64,000 bases of DNA. Source: an uncultured delta proteobacterium. Its GTDB lineage: Bacteria > Desulfobacterota > Desulfobacteria > Desulfobacterales > JAFDCJ01. Where the stretch lies: the NCBI GenBank assembly GCA_963769935.1, contig CAVYNY010000017.1, positions 64,001-128,000 on the forward strand, written 5' to 3'. The notes under the pieces were generated by a model. The model did not search any database. It was not told where the DNA came from and saw only the letters and a list, made by a program, of their open reading frames with translations. The translations under genes and the position numbers were made by a program. Position 1 is the stretch's first letter. Each line of letters opens with the position of its first letter. This document shows positions 61,490-64,000 of this stretch, in pieces.

Positions 61490-61870
61490 CTAACAAATCT
61501 CCAAAGCAATCAGTGTAATGTCATCATGGGTAAGCGATTTTTCGGCATAATCATGCAATTTTTTGAGCACCACAGATTTAAGTTCGGAAAGAGAGGCTTT
61601 CGGGTTAGCGTCAAGGACATCTTTAAGACGCGTTAATCCAAAATTTTCACCCTTGGGGCTGGGTGTGTCGATGATGCCATCGGTATAGACCAAGAGCCGG
61701 TCTCCGGGCGCCATCGAAATCGTGAATTGCTCGTATATCGTATCAAATTCGACTGCAAGGGGGATGTTCAGCGGAAAACTGTCACTCTCATCTTTCCGGT
61801 CTGAGGGTCTTGCATAGGACCAGGCTTTGTCGCCCGTTCGCCTGTATAGAATTGGGGGGTGTCCGGCAGA
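61490..61870 (-). pseudogene. 3' fragment of SpoIIE/PP2C phosphatase
   Basis: SAGHPPIL...GDRLLVYTDGII...HDDITLIALE; no 5' half. Confidence 0.8.
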
Positions 61871-61876
61871 AAATTA

Positions 61877-62410
61877 TTAGTTGCTCAACAGTTTTTCCAT
61901 TGAGATCAATAATTCATTTTTTAGATCGTTACGGGCGCGATATTTACATTTGGCGGCCCAATCATCGGTTAATTGATGCATCCAGTATATAGGCTTTGGC
62001 GGTGTTTTCTTCCATTCCACAAATAGCCGGTAAAAAAGATAAATATCCCAGGCGACGTTCCCGGCCCAGCCAACACTGTCGGCGATTAGCTTGCCGACCT
62101 TTTTGTGTGGATCGTAAAAATGCTGGATTCTTTTATCGCTTAAGAATTTAACAGATGGAAGGGCCGCCTCCAAGGAATCATCCTCGAGCATGGGAATCCA
62201 AATGATTGCAGCGCTGATATCTGCATCGGGATATTTTTCAAAAACATTTTCATGCACCGCACGGGCACCTTTGTCACGTCACATGGGGCATGTAGGAGAG
62301 AGCAAGGCGAAGAATCGGATTTTGTCACGATCCCTGTTAAATCGCTCTTTAAGCGATTCCAGAGACTTGTCCAGGTTAATTATACGAGTTGACTGGTTGT
62401 CATTTTTCAT
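61877..62410 (-). CDS. Candidate selenoprotein, thioredoxin-like fold, CxxU motif (177 aa)
   Basis: MKNDNQ...RFFALLSPTCPM-UGA(62279-62281)-RDKGARAVHENVF...AWDIYLFY; frame open on both sides of the UGA. Confidence 0.75.
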
Positions 62411-62411
62411 T

Positions 62412-62615
62412 TCAAAAACCTTTCAACTTATCCACCACCCGGCGGATATCGGCCAAGCATCATTTTCCCTTAGGGTTCATCGTCGCGCAGCGGCAATTGC
62501 CAAACTTCTTTTCCATTTGGATTCTTTCCATTATCGTTGACTTGCCATTTTCTAAATAGTCCCGGTTAATATCATCGGCCGAGTACTCGAAACAGTAGCA
62601 AATTAAGTTCTTCAC
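62412..62615 (-). CDS. Candidate selenoprotein, small Cys-rich BFD-like/metal-binding protein (67 aa)
   Basis: GTG start after AGGA; LICYCF...CRCATMNPKGK-UGA(62460-62462)-CLADIRRVV; SECIS-like hairpin 11 nt after the UGA. Confidence 0.8.
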
Positions 62616-62681
62616 AAAGCTCTTCCTTTTGAATTTATATGGGACCGTTGCGTTTCACACCGCGTTATATGAGACTGCATC

Positions 62682-62786
62682 TCACACAGAGCGCTCAGAG
62701 GTCACAGAGGTTCGGGTTAGTAGTCGCCTGCGGCGAAAGAAAAATGTTCTCCGCGGTCTCTGCGAGCTCTAACGAAGTGGGCGTGA
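62682..62786. repeat. Palindromic repeat, inverted relative of 4836-4942
   Basis: TCACACAGAGCGCTCAGAGGTCACAGAG ... CTCCGCGGTCTCTGCGAGCTCT..GGGCGTGA. Confidence 0.6.
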
Positions 62787-62831
62787 TAGTAAGTCCAACT
62801 GTGTCCGAATTCCCAAAAGTTTCTTTCTCGA

Positions 62832-63596
62832 TTAATCTGGCCTTCTTTTGGGTAAAGTCAGGAACACTTTGCGGCTGAACTTATGAAGCACCGGGGTTCC
62901 CATGCCGTGCCGGATGGCTTTCAGGGTTTTTTCTTTGTCGATCGGCACGGTGCCGGCGAGCATAGCGACCGGCAGGTGACGGAAGGCCTCCGCCGCCATG
63001 GGCGTGCTGGGACCGAGCATCACCGTTTTTACCTTTTCCGCGACATTGGCCAGAATTTCTTCAGTGCTGTTGTTCAAAATGGAAGTGGAGGTCAACAGCA
63101 GTACCTGGGCCCAGTTTTTCAGCTTTTTATAGAATTCTTCCTTGTGGCCGAGTCCTCTGGAAGTATCCAGAATCTCCACGAAACTCCATTTTTTTCAAAG
63201 TTTCTGACCAGCGGACCGAAGTAGCCGACCATGGCGACCCGGCGGCCCCGGCCGATTTTAAATCTTTCGAACATGAGGCTGTTGTCGTCATCTTCGGGCA
63301 GCTCAAGGGCCGCTCGGTAGTTGAGGGCATTGATCAGGGCCAGGGCCATGCTTTTTTCAATGGGTATGTCGCTCTTAATTTTTTCAAGGAGCTGTTCCGC
63401 CGGATCGGCCTTCATAATCGACGCGGGTATTTAAAACCATGCAGGACTTTTTATCGCTAAAGTAGGTGTATGACAGGCCGATCCCGCCATCGGAGGTGGT
63501 GACGGCGGTGTAGCCGAGACCCAGGCTTAGTATCGTTACATTGACCTTTCGGGCCTGTTCGATGAATAGATCATAAAGCCTATTGTTTAATTCCAT
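62832..63596 (-). CDS. DUF364-family (Rossmann-like, putative heavy-metal chelation) protein, two frameshifts
   Basis: LGLGYTAV..GGIGLSYT, ALINALN, VAMVGYFGP, TSTSILN and MLGPSTP spread over three ORFs. Confidence 0.75.
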
Positions 63597-63723
63597 TATC
63601 GGATTCTCCTTCGGGGTTAAGCTGCGGCGCTGCTGCGACGGCTTGAAACTATCATAGTTGCTGTTTTCCTACAACAGGTTCGAGGCTTCTCTCCAAATAA
63701 AATGCTGGAATGTTGGATAAATC

Positions 63724-63837
63724 GGTTAGCCCGTTTGCCGGTTAGCCGGTAGGCCGTTAAGCCTATTTATCGGTTAGCCGGCCAACGGCCCAACGGCCCA
63801 ACGGGCTAACCGGCTAACGGGCCCACGGGTCAACCCG
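63724..63837. repeat. Inverted arrays of degenerate 8-bp tandem repeats
   Basis: (GGTTAGCC)-like units followed by (GGCTAACC/GCCCAACG)-like units. Confidence 0.75.
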
Positions 63838-64000
63838 TCTCATTTCCGCACTCAAGTTTACCCTCATATCGGCCGATATTCCAGCTAAGAGCTCACTCAA
63901 AGATAACTTCCCATTTTATACGCCGCTGCATCCCGCCCGGCTGCGTTGCGAAAGCTCGGAATATCCAGATATTCCTGCGTTTTCGCGCCTTGCCGGCCGG

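Noticed and set aside
63724..63837. CRISPR array
   Set aside because: 8-bp degenerate units without unique spacers; no cas genes in the window.
1..64000. rRNA, tRNA (including selC) or tmRNA genes
   Set aside because: No cloverleaf or rRNA-like conserved sequence recognised in the intergenic regions.

Overview
A 64-kb bacterial chromosome segment. Gene content (TunR-like regulator, HAO-type octaheme cytochrome, FmdE, Sec-type UGA codons) suggests an anaerobic deltaproteobacterium (Desulfobacterales-like); this is inference. Left part (1-23 kb): aminotransferase end, TRAP transporter, Fe-ADH, PAS hybrid kinase, a TetR-controlled MacAB/OMF efflux operon, a 1151-aa M14 peptidase with a Dpp-type ABC operon whose ATPase is cut off at a REP doublet, and a CPA2 antiporter. 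Middle (23.0-34.4 kb): a mosaic island in which three co-oriented copies of an IS91-family (rolling-circle HUH) element end alternate with unrelated cargo. The cargo is a PRTase fragment, an aldo/keto reductase with an ArsR fragment, a polar amino-acid ABC operon, a RAYT fragment, a Liv-type ABC operon and a sigma54-activator fragment. Right part: Mo/W genes (MoeA-like, FmdE, ModE-like, TunR with a matching site, MOT-like transporter), a NapC/NirT plus octaheme HAO pair, a spermidine-synthase fusion, and two ArsR-controlled arsenic/thiol-redox clusters. It also holds a two-gene candidate selenoprotein operon (62615->61877) that the ORF track misses or truncates. Many small palindromic repeats, some nested, and several single-base frameshifts (sequencing error or decay) are present. 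No rRNA, tRNA or CRISPR array was seen.
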